A stretch of DNA of 64,000 nt, taken from NCBI GenBank assembly GCA_965228875.1, contig OZ245843.1, forward strand, positions 2,407,848 to 2,471,847. Reading direction: 5' to 3'. Of the stretch, positions 24,157-44,687 are shown one piece after another (position 1 is the first letter of the stretch; each line of letters begins with the position of its first letter). The notes under the pieces were generated by a model. It did no database searches, was not told the DNA's origin, and saw only the letters and a program-made list of their open reading frames with translations. The stretch is from Thalassobaculaceae bacterium. Lineage in GTDB: Bacteria > Pseudomonadota > Alphaproteobacteria > Thalassobaculales > Thalassobaculaceae. The translations under genes and the position numbers were made by a program.

Positions 24157-24252
24157 TTCGGCCTTTTGGGGGAGAAAAGTTCAATCGTCTGTGAGACTGC
24201 GTCTGACCTGTTCAGAAGAACGTGGTCACAGCCAGCCCCCAAAGGTGCGCGG

Positions 24253-24281
24253 AACCTATTGGTCGTCGGTCGGCGCGTCAA
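24253..24281 (-). promoter_or_regulatory. Putative sigma70 promoter of the S10 operon
   Basis: TTGACG-17 nt-TAGGTT followed by CCGCGC. Confidence 0.65.
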
Positions 24282-24475
24282 GCCCGAATTTCAGAATTCT
24301 GACACGAAGCGGATTGCGGATCGGCGCGTCCGGAACCGGCGATGTAGTAGCGCTCGCCGCCGCACGCGTCGATCTCCAGGGTTGCGGGCGCCTTTCGTTG
24401 TTACGAGGATTGCCGCTCGCCATCTATCCGGTTCCCTCCCTCGCTCCCTGACCGCTTTCCAAACCGGAAATAAGA

Positions 24476-25072
24476 ATGATTGAGCCCATACTCGGCCTGC
24501 TCACGGTGGCCCTTCCGCTGATGGCCAGCCCCGGGCCCGCCATTGTCAGCCTGGCGGCGACCGGTTCGACATTCGGGTTCCGACCCGGCCTGCCCTACCT
24601 CGCTGGAATTCTGGTGGGCAACGCCACGGTTTTGATGATGGTCGCGACCGGTCTCACCGGCATGGTGCTTGCCATACCGGCCGCCGTGCCCGTGCTTACC
24701 GTCATCGGGTTCGTCTACCTGGTGTACCTGGCCTGGAGAATCGCCACAGCACCCGTGGTCCGCACCACGTCGGATCCCGAGTCGGTTCCGACGGCCGTTG
24801 GCGGCTTCCTGCTGTCGATGGTCAATCCGAAGGCCTATGCCGCCTTCGGCGCGATCTATGCCAGCGGCAGCGTTCTGCCGGAGGACCCGGCGGGCGACGC
24901 CGCGGTGAAGATCGCTCTGCTGGTGGTCGTGAATGTCCTGGTGAACAGCGCATGGCTCGGACTTGGCGCCGCATTCGCGGGGCTGCTGCGCAACCCGGCG
25001 ACCGGTCGGGCATTGAACTGGTCTTTCGCCGCCCTGCTGATCGGGTCGGTCGCCTTCACGGCACTTCGTTAG
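24476..25072 (+). CDS. LysE/RhtB family amino-acid exporter
   Basis: SPGPA, G.R.GL, YLVYLAWRI, NPKAY; about 6 hydrophobic segments, 198 aa. Confidence 0.9.
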   Translation: MIEPILGLLTVALPLMASPGPAIVSLAATGSTFGFRPGLPYLAGILVGNATVLMMVATGLTGMVLAIPAAVPVLTVIGFVYLVYLAWRIATAPVVRTTSDPESVPTAVGGFLLSMVNPKAYAAFGAIYASGSVLPEDPAGDAAVKIALLVVVNVLVNSAWLGLGAAFAGLLRNPATGRALNWSFAALLIGSVAFTALR

Positions 25073-25207
25073 CGCGCAATCGGTTCCGGACGACTCGCAG
25101 GGAAGCGGGAGGCTTCCTCCTACTCAATCGAGAAAGGCCGGCTCAAAGAATGGGGCGTCGTAGTCGGTCGCCGTTGCATCGGCCGCCGGCAACGCATGGA
25201 GGAACGC

Positions 25208-25232
25208 AAACGGGGGCGCAAAAGCGCCCCCG
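25208..25232 (-). terminator. Terminator after tufA (str operon)
   Basis: CGGGGGCGC-TTTT-GCGCCCCCG perfect 9-bp stem followed by TTTGCGTT on the minus strand. Confidence 0.7.
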
Positions 25233-25257
25233 CTCGATCGCACGATGAGGTGCGAGA

Positions 25258-26448
<1,191 letters not shown>

Positions 26449-26516
26449 CCCAGTATGCTCCGTACGAAAGGGGGTGACGTGATCGGGTTAGGTGACGCGG
26501 TCGCGGACGTGGCCGG

Positions 26517-28592
26517 TCAGGCCATCTTCGCCCGCACCTCGTCGGCAACCGCCTGCGGAACAGGCTCGTAGTGATCGAACTGCATGGTGTACTGCGCCCG
26601 GCCCTGGCTCATGGAGCGCAGGGTGTTGACGTAGCCGAACATATTGGCCAGCGGCACCATGGCATCGACAACGCGCGCGTTGCCGCGCTGGTCCATGCCC
26701 GACACCTGACCACGGCGGCTGTTCAGGTCGCCGATGATGTCGCCCATGTAGTCCTCAGGCGTGACCACCTCGACCTTCATGATCGGCTCCAGCAGGACCG
26801 GGCCCGCCTTGGACATGCCTTCCTTGAAGGCCGCCCGCGAGGCGATCTCGAACGCCAGCACGCTGGAGTCCACATCGTGGTACGCGCCGTCGGTCAGGGT
26901 GACCTTGACATCGACCACCGGGAAGCCGGCGAGCACGCCGGTATCCAGAGCCGAGGTCAGGCCCTTCTCGACGCCCGGAACGTATTCCCGCGGCACCGAA
27001 CCACCGACGATGGTGTTCTCGAAGGTGAAGCCCTCGCCCCGCTCCTGCGGCTCGAAGGTCAGCTTCACCCGGGCGAACTGACCCGAGCCGCCGGTCTGCT
27101 TCTTGTGGGTGTAGTCGACCTCAGCGGTCTTGGTGATCGACTCGCGATAGGCGACCTGCGGCGCGCCGACATTGGCGTCGACCTTGAACTCGCGACGCAT
27201 GCGGTCGACCAGGATCTCCAGATGGAGTTCGCCCATTCCCTTGATGACGGTCTGGCCGCTCTCGACGTCGGAGGTCACGCGGAAGGACGGATCCTCCGCC
27301 GCGAGACGGTTGAGGGCGACTCCCATCTTCTCCTGATCGCTCTTGGTCTTCGGCTCGACCGCGACCTCGATGACCGGATCCGGGAACTCCATCCGCTCCA
27401 GGATGACCGGCTTCAGCGGATCGCAGAGCGTGTCACCGGTGGTGGTGTTCTTCAGACCGGCGATGGCGACGATATCGCCGGCGCGGGCCTCCTTGATGTC
27501 CTCCCGGTTGTTGGAGTGCATCAGGAGCATGCGGCCGACACGCTCGCGGTTGTCCTTGACCGTGTTCAGCACGGAGGTGCCGGCCTCGAGGATCCCGGAG
27601 TAGACGCGCACGAAGGTGAGCGAGCCGACGAACGGGTCGTTCATGATCTTGAACGCCAGCCCGGCGAACGGCTCCTCGTCGGAGGACTTGCGGACCATTT
27701 CGGTCTCGCCGTCGACCGACACGCCGCGGATCGCCGGAACGTCCAGCGGCGACGGCATGTAGTCGATGACCGCGTCCAGCAGCGGCTGCACGCCCTTGTT
27801 CTTGAATGCCGAGCCCAGGAAGACGGGAACGAACGCGGCGGACATCACGCCCTTGCGCACGCAGGCCCGCAGCACCTCCTCGGACGGCTCCTCGCCCTCG
27901 AGATAGGCCTCCATGGCGGCGTCGTCCTGCTCGACCGCGAGCTCGACCAGCTTGCTGCGGTACTCGGCCGCCTGGTCGGCCAGGTCGGCCGGAATGTCCT
28001 CGTATTCGAACTTCGCGCCGAGCGACTCGTCCAGCCAGCGCACCGCCTTCATGGTCACCAGATCGACCAAGCCGACGAAATCCGACTCGGTGCCGATCGG
28101 CAGCTGCATGACCAGCGGGGTGGCGCCGAGGCGGTCGACCATCATGTCGACGCAGCGGAAGAAGTCGGCGCCGATCCGGTCCATCTTGTTGACGAAGCAG
28201 ATGCGCGGAACGCCGTACTTGTCGGCCTGCCGCCAGACCGTTTCGGACTGCGGCTCAACACCGGCCACCGAGTCGAACACCGCGACGGCGCCGTCGAGCA
28301 CGCGCAGCGACCGCTCCACCTCGATGGTGAAGTCGACGTGGCCCGGCGTGTCAATGATGTTGATGCGGTGATCGCGCCAGAAACACGTGGTCGCGGCGGA
28401 CGTGATGGTGATGCCGCGCTCCTGCTCCTGTTCCATCCAGTCCATGGTGGCGTTACCATCATGGACTTCGCCGATCTTGTAGGACCGGCCGGTGTAGTAC
28501 AGGACACGCTCGGTCGTGGTCGTCTTGCCGGCATCGATGTGGGCCATGATGCCGATGTTGCGATACATATCGAGCGAATGGGTGCGGGGCAT
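26517..28592 (-). CDS. fusA: Elongation factor G
   Basis: [31 protein letters not shown]; start MPRTHS at 28592. Confidence 0.99.
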   Translation of the reverse strand: MPRTHSLDMYRNIGIMAHIDAGKTTTTERVLYYTGRSYKIGEVHDGNATMDWMEQEQERGITITSAATTCFWRDHRINIIDTPGHVDFTIEVERSLRVLDGAVAVFDSVAGVEPQSETVWRQADKYGVPRICFVNKMDRIGADFFRCVDMMVDRLGATPLVMQLPIGTESDFVGLVDLVTMKAVRWLDESLGAKFEYEDIPADLADQAAEYRSKLVELAVEQDDAAMEAYLEGEEPSEEVLRACVRKGVMSAAFVPVFLGSAFKNKGVQPLLDAVIDYMPSPLDVPAIRGVSVDGETEMVRKSSDEEPFAGLAFKIMNDPFVGSLTFVRVYSGILEAGTSVLNTVKDNRERVGRMLLMHSNNREDIKEARAGDIVAIAGLKNTTTGDTLCDPLKPVILERMEFPDPVIEVAVEPKTKSDQEKMGVALNRLAAEDPSFRVTSDVESGQTVIKGMGELHLEILVDRMRREFKVDANVGAPQVAYRESITKTAEVDYTHKKQTGGSGQFARVKLTFEPQERGEGFTFENTIVGGSVPREYVPGVEKGLTSALDTGVLAGFPVVDVKVTLTDGAYHDVDSSVLAFEIASRAAFKEGMSKAGPVLLEPIMKVEVVTPEDYMGDIIGDLNSRRGQVSGMDQRGNARVVDAMVPLANMFGYVNTLRSMSQGRAQYTMQFDHYEPVPQAVADEVRAKMA

Positions 28593-28697
28593 GACTCGCG
28601 TCCTCGTCTCTTGAGGTTTCGGCCGGGATATGGGGCCAAGCATAAATGCGGGACGGGCCGGTCTATACGCCAGCCCGTCCGCAGATACCAGCGCCGG

Positions 28698-29168
28698 TTA
28701 CCAGCGGTAGTGAGAAAACGCCTTGTTGGCGTCGGCCATGCGGTGGGTGTCTTCCCGCTTCTTGACCGCGGTGCCGCGGTTCTGCGAAGCGTCGGACAGC
28801 TCACCGGACAGGCGCTGAACCATGGTCTTCTCGGAGCGCTTGCGCGCAGCATCGATCAGCCAACGGATCGCCAGGGCCTGGGCGCGTTCCGGGCGAACCT
28901 CGACCGGAACCTGATAGGTCGCACCGCCGACGCGCCGCGAGCGGACCTCGACATGCGGCTTCACGTTGTCGAGCGCATCGTGGAACATCCGGACCGGCTC
29001 GGCACCCGACCGCTTCTCCAGCACGTCGAACGCGCCGTAGACGATTCCCTCGGCGACCGAACGCTTGCCGTCGTACATCAGGCAGCTCATGAACTTGGAG
29101 ACGACCTGGTCTCCGAACTTGGCATCCGGAAGGACCGGACGTTTTTCCGCGCGATGGCGACGCGACAT
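28698..29168 (-). CDS. rpsG: 30S ribosomal protein S7
   Basis: [26 protein letters not shown]. Confidence 0.99.
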   Translation of the reverse strand: MSRRHRAEKRPVLPDAKFGDQVVSKFMSCLMYDGKRSVAEGIVYGAFDVLEKRSGAEPVRMFHDALDNVKPHVEVRSRRVGGATYQVPVEVRPERAQALAIRWLIDAARKRSEKTMVQRLSGELSDASQNRGTAVKKREDTHRMADANKAFSHYRW

Positions 29169-29180
29169 TCTTCGTTCTCC

Positions 29181-29552
29181 TTACTTCGGCCGCTTGGCGC
29201 CGTACTTCGAACGGCGCTGGCGACGGTCCTTGACGCCCTGGGTGTCGAGCGTGCCGCGGATGATGTGATATCGCACACCCGGCAGATCCTTGACGCGGCC
29301 GCCACGGATCATGACGACCGAGTGCTCCTGCAGGTTATGCCCCTCACCCGGGATGTAGCTGATGACCTCGTAGCCGTTGGTCAGGCGCACGCGGGCGACC
29401 TTACGCAGGGCCGAGTTCGGTTTCCTCGGGGTGGTGGTGTACACGCGGGTGCACACACCGCGCTTCTGCGGGCACGCCTGCAGGGCGGGAACCTTGTTCC
29501 GTGCAACCGGAACCTTACGACCCTGGCGGATCAGCTGATTGATCGTCGGCAT
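29181..29552 (-). CDS. rpsL: 30S ribosomal protein S12
   Basis: [27 protein letters not shown]. Confidence 0.99.
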   Translation of the reverse strand: MPTINQLIRQGRKVPVARNKVPALQACPQKRGVCTRVYTTTPRKPNSALRKVARVRLTNGYEVISYIPGEGHNLQEHSVVMIRGGRVKDLPGVRYHIIRGTLDTQGVKDRRQRRSKYGAKRPK

Positions 29553-29766
29553 GCGTCGACCCTCTTAACCACAAAGACGAACCCCGCCATGGGGAGACCC
29601 ATGGGGGCGGTCCGTTTGAACCATGCGCCGCCGATCCGGCTTGCCGGCCACGACGCCTCTCATATTCGACCCTTCGTGCGGAGACCGCGTTCGAAGCGCC
29701 CGGGTACCGACCGTCCGGGACGGCGAACCCGAGGGAACAGCTGGGCCCCCGTTTCAAAGTGCGCGG

Positions 29767-29795
29767 ATACTATTGATGCGCCCTCTGGGGGTCAA
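29767..29795 (-). promoter_or_regulatory. Putative sigma70 promoter of the str operon (rpsL)
   Basis: TTGACC-17 nt-TAGTAT followed by CCGCGC. Confidence 0.65.
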
Positions 29796-29911
29796 GCGGA
29801 TAATCGGCCCGATTGTGCGGGTCGACGTTCCCGTCTCTGAACGGCGGTCCGGACCTGGATCGGTCCGGGCCGCCCGTAATGTAGCGCGGCGATGGCGCGA
29901 TCGGACGACCG

Positions 29912-34216
<4,305 letters not shown>

Positions 34217-34255
34217 TTACACCGGCTGCGGCCGCCTTCGCGGCCGCGACCGGCG

Positions 34256-38434
<4,179 letters not shown>

Positions 38435-38685
38435 GTTGCGACCTCGACCTCGCGTGTGACCCGCGGACCATGCAATGTCCGTTGGGCGAAACGATGACCC
38501 TCACCGGGCCGCGACCGGCCCCGGCGGGGCGGCGCGGCAGTGGCGGGCGGTCCTCGCCTCGGCCCGGGGTCGGCGGCGCACCCGACGGTGCGGCCCGGCC
38601 CCCGGCCGAGAGGAGGAAACGGGTCGGGAGCGGACACGCAGGCGCGCCGCTCCCTTCCCGAAACTCAGCTGGTCGTCAGGCTCAA

Positions 38686-39063
38686 TTACTTGAGCTCGAC
38701 GGTGGCGCCAGCGCCCTCCAGCTTCTTCTTCAGTTCCTCGGCCTCGTCCTTGGAGGCACCCTCCTTGACGGGCTTCGGCGCACCCTCGACCAGGTCCTTG
38801 GCCTCCTTCAGGCCGAGACCGGTGATGGCACGGACCTCCTTGATGACGTTGATCTTCTTGTCGCCGGCGGCAACAAGGACCACGTCGAACTCGGTCTTCT
38901 CCTCGGCGGCCGGAGCGGCATCGCCACCACCGGCAGCCGCGGCGACCGCGACCGGAGCAGCGGCGGACACGCCCCACTTCTCCTCGAGCATCTTCGACAG
39001 CTCGGCGGCCTCAAGGACGGTCAGTTCGGAAAGCTCGTCGACGAGCTTCGCAAGATCAGCCAT
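38686..39063 (-). CDS. rplL: 50S ribosomal protein L7/L12
   Basis: [27 protein letters not shown]. Confidence 0.99.
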   Translation of the reverse strand: MADLAKLVDELSELTVLEAAELSKMLEEKWGVSAAAPVAVAAAAGGGDAAPAAEEKTEFDVVLVAAGDKKINVIKEVRAITGLGLKEAKDLVEGAPKPVKEGASKDEAEELKKKLEGAGATVELK

Positions 39064-39114
39064 TTCATTTCACTCCAGATTGGTACGTCTGATGACAGAG
39101 CGGTTCGTCCGCCC

Positions 39115-39627
39115 TCACTCCGACTGCTCGCCGCGGGCAGCCAGAACCCGAGCGACCTGTCCGGCCGGTGCGGTAAGCACACCAACCATCCGGGACGCCG
39201 GGGTCTGCAGCAGACCCACGAGCTTGGCACGCGACTCGTCGATCGACGGGGTCTTGGCCAGGGCCTTGATCTCGTCGACATTGAGTTCTCGTTCGCCGAG
39301 GCCACCACCGACGATGGTGACCTTGTCATTCGAGTTGGCGAACTCGACGATCACCTTGGCGGCCGCCACCGGGTCGCCGGACGTCGTCACCGACGTCGGG
39401 CCCGTGAACAGATCGCTCAGGTTCTCGTAGCGCGTGCCCTGCAGAGCAAGACGGGCGAGCCGATTCTTCGTGACCTTGTAGCCGGCTCCGGCTTCGCGGA
39501 CCTTCGAGCGCAGGCCTTCGACCTCGGACACCGTCAGACCCGTCTGATGGGTGATGACGACGACCTCGGAGCCCTCGAACGTCGAGCGAAGAGAGTCGAC
39601 CAAATCGGCCTTTTCGGTTCGGTTCAC
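39115..39627 (-). CDS. rplJ: 50S ribosomal protein L10
   Basis: GLTVSE, KVTKNRLA, FTGPT; GTG start; between rplA and rplL. Confidence 0.97.
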   Translation of the reverse strand: MNRTEKADLVDSLRSTFEGSEVVVITHQTGLTVSEVEGLRSKVREAGAGYKVTKNRLARLALQGTRYENLSDLFTGPTSVTTSGDPVAAAKVIVEFANSNDKVTIVGGGLGERELNVDEIKALAKTPSIDESRAKLVGLLQTPASRMVGVLTAPAGQVARVLAARGEQSE

Positions 39628-39780
39628 CTCTTATCTCCGCAATTGGAACCGCTGGGTCCGTCCCCGCCCTGGGGCGCGGGCCCGTCGGTCCGGTTGCACG
39701 AAGACGGCACCTGCGTGCCGCCCCTGTTCGCCTGTCCCAGAAGACCAACCGCACCGGCATCGCCGGATCCGTTTGGCGCT

Positions 39781-39850
39781 CCCGTCTATACGGGCGGAAT
39801 TTAAGGCCCCGTCGGATCTCTCCGCCAAGGCCGCCCGTAGTCTCGGACAG
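39781..39850 (-). ncRNA. L10 leader (autoregulatory r-leader of rplJL)
   Basis: Minus strand CTGTC-CGAGAC-TACGGGCGG...TTAAAT..CCGCCCGTA-TAGACGG matches the AGAC/TAGAC internal loop and TTAA loop of L10 leaders; upstream of rplJ. Confidence 0.75.
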
Positions 39851-39927
39851 GTCGGTCCGGAATCGCTCCCGGCCCTACGCCGGCCCCCGGTCGCCCGGGG
39901 ACCGTCGATCTCTTGCCGCGGGCCGCG

Positions 39928-40635
39928 TCAGGCGGCCGGCGCGGTTCCCAGCTGCGCGGTATCGACCTTGATGCCCGGCCCCATGGTCGAGCTCACCGAC
40001 ACGCGCTTGATGTAGTTGCCCTTCGCTCCGGACGGCTTCGCCTTCTGGATCGCGTCGACGAAGGCCGTCGCGTTCTCCACAAGCTGGTCCTCGGAGAAGC
40101 TGGCCTTGCCGATGCCGGCATGGATGATGCCCGCCTTCTCGACCCGGAACTCGACCTGGCCGGCCTTGGCGGCCTCGACCGCGTCGGCGACGTTCGGGGT
40201 CACGGTGCCCAGCTTCGGGTTCGGCATCAGGCCGCGCGGGCCCAGCACCTTACCGAGGCGGCCGACCACGGCCATCATGTCCGGCGTGGCGATCACCCGG
40301 TCGAAATCCATCCGGCCGTTCTGGATCTCTTCCATCAGATCCTCGGCCCCGACCACCTCGGCCCCGGCGGCGCGCGCCTCCTCGGCCTTGGCGTCCTTGG
40401 CGAACACCGCAACGCGGACCGACTTGCCGGTGCCGTGCGGCAGCGAGACGACGCCGCGGACCATCTGGTCGGAGTGGCGCGGGTCGACGCCCAGGTTCAT
40501 CGAGATCTCGACGGTCTCGTCGAACTTGGCGCTGGAGACGCCCTTGATCAGCTTGATCGCCTCGGACATGCCGTAGACGGCGTCGCGGTCGACCGAGCCG
40601 TACGCGGCGCGAAGACGCTTACCTTTGTTTGCCAT
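39928..40635 (-). CDS. rplA: 50S ribosomal protein L1
   Basis: [31 protein letters not shown]. Confidence 0.99.
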   Translation of the reverse strand: MANKGKRLRAAYGSVDRDAVYGMSEAIKLIKGVSSAKFDETVEISMNLGVDPRHSDQMVRGVVSLPHGTGKSVRVAVFAKDAKAEEARAAGAEVVGAEDLMEEIQNGRMDFDRVIATPDMMAVVGRLGKVLGPRGLMPNPKLGTVTPNVADAVEAAKAGQVEFRVEKAGIIHAGIGKASFSEDQLVENATAFVDAIQKAKPSGAKGNYIKRVSVSSTMGPGIKVDTAQLGTAPAA

Positions 40636-40642
40636 GATCGCC

Positions 40643-41071
40643 TCACTCCACCACTTCGATGCCCATGGACCGGGCGGAACCCTTGATCATCTGAACCGCG
40701 CCGTCGATATCGACCGCGTTCAGGTCCGGCATCTTCGCTTCCGCGATCTCCTTGACCTGGTCCAGGGTGACCTTGCCGACCGTCCCCTTGCCCGGCGTCT
40801 GCGAGCCCTTCGGCAGCTTCGACGCCTTCTTCAGGAAATACGACACCGGCGGGGTCTTGGTGATGAACGAGAAGGTACGGTCGCCGTAGGCGGTGATCAC
40901 CACCGGCACCGGCATCCCCTTCTCCATCTTCTCGGTCGCGGCGTTGAACGCCTTGCAGAACTCCATGATGTTGAGTCCGCGCTGACCGAGCGCCGGGCCC
41001 ACCGGGGGAGACGGGTTCGCCGCCCCGGCCGGGATCTCCAGCTTGATATAGCCGACGATCTTCTTAGCCAT
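40643..41071 (-). CDS. rplK: 50S ribosomal protein L11
   Basis: [26 protein letters not shown]. Confidence 0.99.
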   Translation of the reverse strand: MAKKIVGYIKLEIPAGAANPSPPVGPALGQRGLNIMEFCKAFNAATEKMEKGMPVPVVITAYGDRTFSFITKTPPVSYFLKKASKLPKGSQTPGKGTVGKVTLDQVKEIAEAKMPDLNAVDIDGAVQMIKGSARSMGIEVVE

Positions 41072-41093
41072 CTGTTGCCTTCCTCTATTCGAT

Positions 41094-41135
41094 CCGTGGT
41101 GCGACGCCGCAGGGCTTCGCGGTCATCTCCCACAG
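41094..41135 (-). promoter_or_regulatory. Putative L1-binding leader upstream of rplK
   Basis: Minus strand CTGTGG-GAG...hairpin...CA-CCACGG, resembling the GGGAG/ACC asymmetric loop of L1 operators. Confidence 0.5.
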
Positions 41136-41198
41136 GCCGTGCACTGCGAGCCGTTCCGGCCCCGGACGCTCACGTCGCGGGGGCGAACCCGAACCGGC

Positions 41199-41729
41199 TC
41201 AGGTTTTCTCGACCTGGGTGAAATCCAGATCGACCGGCGTCGACCGTCCGAAGATCGACACCGCGACTTTGAGACGCGACCGCTCCTCGTCGACATCCTC
41301 GACGAGGCCGTTGAAGGTCGCGAACGGACCGTCGGCGACGCGCACCTGCTCGCCGATCTCGAAGGTGACCGACGGCTTCGGCCGGTCGACACCCTCGGAG
41401 ACCTGCTTCAGCAGGCGACTCGCCTCGGCGTCGGTGATCGGAATCGGCTTGCCCTTGCCGCCGACGAACCCGGCCACCTTCGGCTGCGACTTGACCAGAT
41501 GCCAGGTCTCGTCGGTCAGTTCCATGCGAACGAGAATGTAGCCGGGGAAGAACTTGCGTTCCGTCGTCACCTTCGCCCCGCGACGCATCTCGATGACTTC
41601 CTCGGTCGGCACCAGGACCTCGGAGATCAGATCGCCGAGCTCGTGCTGCTCCACCTGCTCGTTGATCGACTGGGCGACCTTCTTCTCGAAGCCCGAATAG
41701 GTCTGCACCACGTACCAGCGTTGCGCCAT
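41199..41729 (-). CDS. nusG: Transcription termination/antitermination factor NusG
   Basis: WYVVQTYSGFE, FFPGYILV, KOW GEQVRVADGPF, SIFGRSTPV. Confidence 0.98.
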   Translation of the reverse strand: MAQRWYVVQTYSGFEKKVAQSINEQVEQHELGDLISEVLVPTEEVIEMRRGAKVTTERKFFPGYILVRMELTDETWHLVKSQPKVAGFVGGKGKPIPITDAEASRLLKQVSEGVDRPKPSVTFEIGEQVRVADGPFATFNGLVEDVDEERSRLKVAVSIFGRSTPVDLDFTQVEKT

Positions 41730-41730
41730 A

Positions 41731-41928
41731 TCAGCCTCCGAGTCCAAGCACCAGTTGCACGCCCCAGGCCAGCACCTGATCGACCACGAAGAAAAACACC
41801 GAAGCCAGGAACACCATGATGAAGACCATCAGGGTGGCCACCGCCGTCTCCTTGCGGCTCGCCCACGTAACCCGCGACACCTCCTGCCGCACCTGGCGCA
41901 CGAACTGGGCGGGACTCACCTTCGCCAT
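41731..41928 (-). CDS. secE: Preprotein translocase subunit SecE
   Basis: F..QVRQEVSRVTWASRKE, single TM segment; between tRNA-Trp and nusG. Confidence 0.95.
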   Translation of the reverse strand: MAKVSPAQFVRQVRQEVSRVTWASRKETAVATLMVFIMVFLASVFFFVVDQVLAWGVQLVLGLGG

Positions 41929-42058
41929 CGTCTCTGCTCTCCGCCGCCCGACCCCGGAAAAACGCTCCCGGACCGTACCGGCATTTTCTCGTACATCTGA
42001 ACGCGATTGGCGCCCATCGGTTGTCCCGACGGCGCCGCCCGCGAAACATCTAACAAAG

Positions 42059-42134
42059 TGGCAGGAGTGGAGGGGCTCGAACCCCCAGCCCCCGGTTTTG
42101 GAGACCGGTGCTCTACCAGTTGAGCTACACTCCT
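42059..42134 (-). tRNA. tRNA-Trp (CCA)
   Basis: AGGAGTGTAGCTCAACTGGTAGAGCACCGGTCTCCAAAACCGG...GGTTCGAGCCCCTCCACTCCTGCCA; 76-nt cloverleaf with encoded CCA. Confidence 0.97.
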
Positions 42135-42164
42135 AACCTTGCAAAAGCGTCGTCCCGCCTCCGC

Positions 42165-43355
<1,191 letters not shown>

Positions 43356-43457
43356 CTCTCGTCGTTCCCGTCGGCTACAGCGTGGAGGCATCCAAGGATG
43401 CCGGAAAAACTTCTCTCTTCAGAGCCTTGTCGGCCGTTTCGCGATCCGGTCAGCGAG

Positions 43458-43543
43458 TGGTGGTGGGGGTAGGATTCGAACCTACGTACGCGTACGCGGG
43501 CAGATTTACAGTCTGCTGCCTTTAACCACTCGGCCACCCCACC
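43458..43543 (-). tRNA. tRNA-Tyr (GTA)
   Basis: GGTGGGGTGGCCGAGTGGTTAAAGGCAGCAGACTGTAAATCTGC...GGTTCGAATCCTACCCCCACCACCA; long variable arm, 86 nt. Confidence 0.97.
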
Positions 43544-43595
43544 ATGGATCGGATCGCGATCTCGCTCCGGCAAGCCCGTTCCAGAGGGAGAGCGA

Positions 43596-43623
43596 ACTAT
43601 GTTAATTCGCGGCCGTTTGTCAA
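43596..43623 (-). promoter_or_regulatory. Putative sigma70 promoter for tRNA-Tyr/tufB
   Basis: TTGACA-16 nt-CATAGT, about 50 nt upstream of tRNA-Tyr. Confidence 0.55.
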
Positions 43624-43702
43624 CGACGAACACGACAAAAATTCACCGCGCCAGCTTTCCAGGCGGTCTGTCGTCTCGCAACAAGGAAAGGCTATCACAG
43701 CC

Positions 43703-44596
43703 ATGGCCAAACGAAAATACGGCGGCCGCGCGCCGCGCCCGCACGTTTCCGCCGGGAGTGCGCCCGTATCGGACCGGGGCGCCGGCCAGGGACTGGGCCG
43801 GGGATCGGGCCGGGGATCGGGCCGGGATGACAACCGTCCATCCTACGACCCCGGTCTGCTGTTCGGGCGCCACGCGGTGCTCGCCGCGCTCGCGAACCCG
43901 CGCCGAGAGGTTCGTGAGCTGCTGTGCACCGACGAGACCGCGGGCGAACTGGCGGACGCCCTCGCCGCTCTTCCCGACCCGCGACGCTCGGTGCTGCCAG
44001 CGCCACGCAGCGTCCCGACGGAGGAAATTGCCGCCCTGCTCGGCGAGGCCAGCGTCCATCAGGGTCTCCTCGCCCGGGTCGCGCCGCTGCCGGAGACCGT
44101 GCTGGAGGATGTGCTCGACGCCGCCGGGCCGCAGGCGGTCCTCGTGGTGCTCGACCAGGTGACCGACCCGCACAACCTTGGCGCCGTGCTGCGCTCGGCC
44201 GCGGCCTTCGGCGCCGATGCGGTCGTCGTCCAGGATCGCCATACGCCGCAGGTCACCGCCGTCGTCGCCAAGACCGCGTCCGGCGCGCTGGACGTGACCC
44301 CGCTGGTCCGGGTCACCAACCTGGCCCGCGCCCTGCGGACCGCCCAGGAGTCGAACTTCTGGTGCGTCGGTCTCGCCGAGGAGGGGGCGGCGGCACTCGA
44401 CTCGGTCGACCTCGCCGGACGGGTGGCCCTGGTGCTTGGCGCCGAGGGCAGCGGGTTGCGCCGGCTGACCCGCGAGACCTGCGACCAGCTCGTGCACCTG
44501 GCGACGCGCCCGCCGATCCGCTCGCTCAACGTGTCCGCCGCCGCCGCCATCGCTTTGCACCACGCGGCGGTCGCGCCGACGCGAAAGCTCGGTTAA
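43703..44596 (+). CDS. rlmB: 23S rRNA (guanosine-2'-O)-methyltransferase RlmB (SpoU/TrmH family)
   Basis: FGRHAV, HQG, LDQVTDPHNLGA, KTASGA, GAEGSGLR, SLNVS; AAGGAAAGG RBS; divergent from tRNA-Tyr. Confidence 0.92.
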   Translation: MAKRKYGGRAPRPHVSAGSAPVSDRGAGQGLGRGSGRGSGRDDNRPSYDPGLLFGRHAVLAALANPRREVRELLCTDETAGELADALAALPDPRRSVLPAPRSVPTEEIAALLGEASVHQGLLARVAPLPETVLEDVLDAAGPQAVLVVLDQVTDPHNLGAVLRSAAAFGADAVVVQDRHTPQVTAVVAKTASGALDVTPLVRVTNLARALRTAQESNFWCVGLAEEGAAALDSVDLAGRVALVLGAEGSGLRRLTRETCDQLVHLATRPPIRSLNVSAAAAIALHHAAVAPTRKLG

Positions 44597-44687
44597 CTTT
44601 TGCGGAAGGAATTGGGGTGATACTCGCCCAGTGGGTTCGGCTTCATCGGACACGCGGCGGGAATCACATCAGCGGAGAACCGGAGGC

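Noticed and set aside
38435..38685. GC-rich hairpins in the rplL-rpoB spacer (also rpoB-rpoC and rpsG-fusA spacers)
   Set aside because: Expected attenuator or processing-type stems in GC-rich spacers, without a clear U tract; nothing distinctive enough to call.
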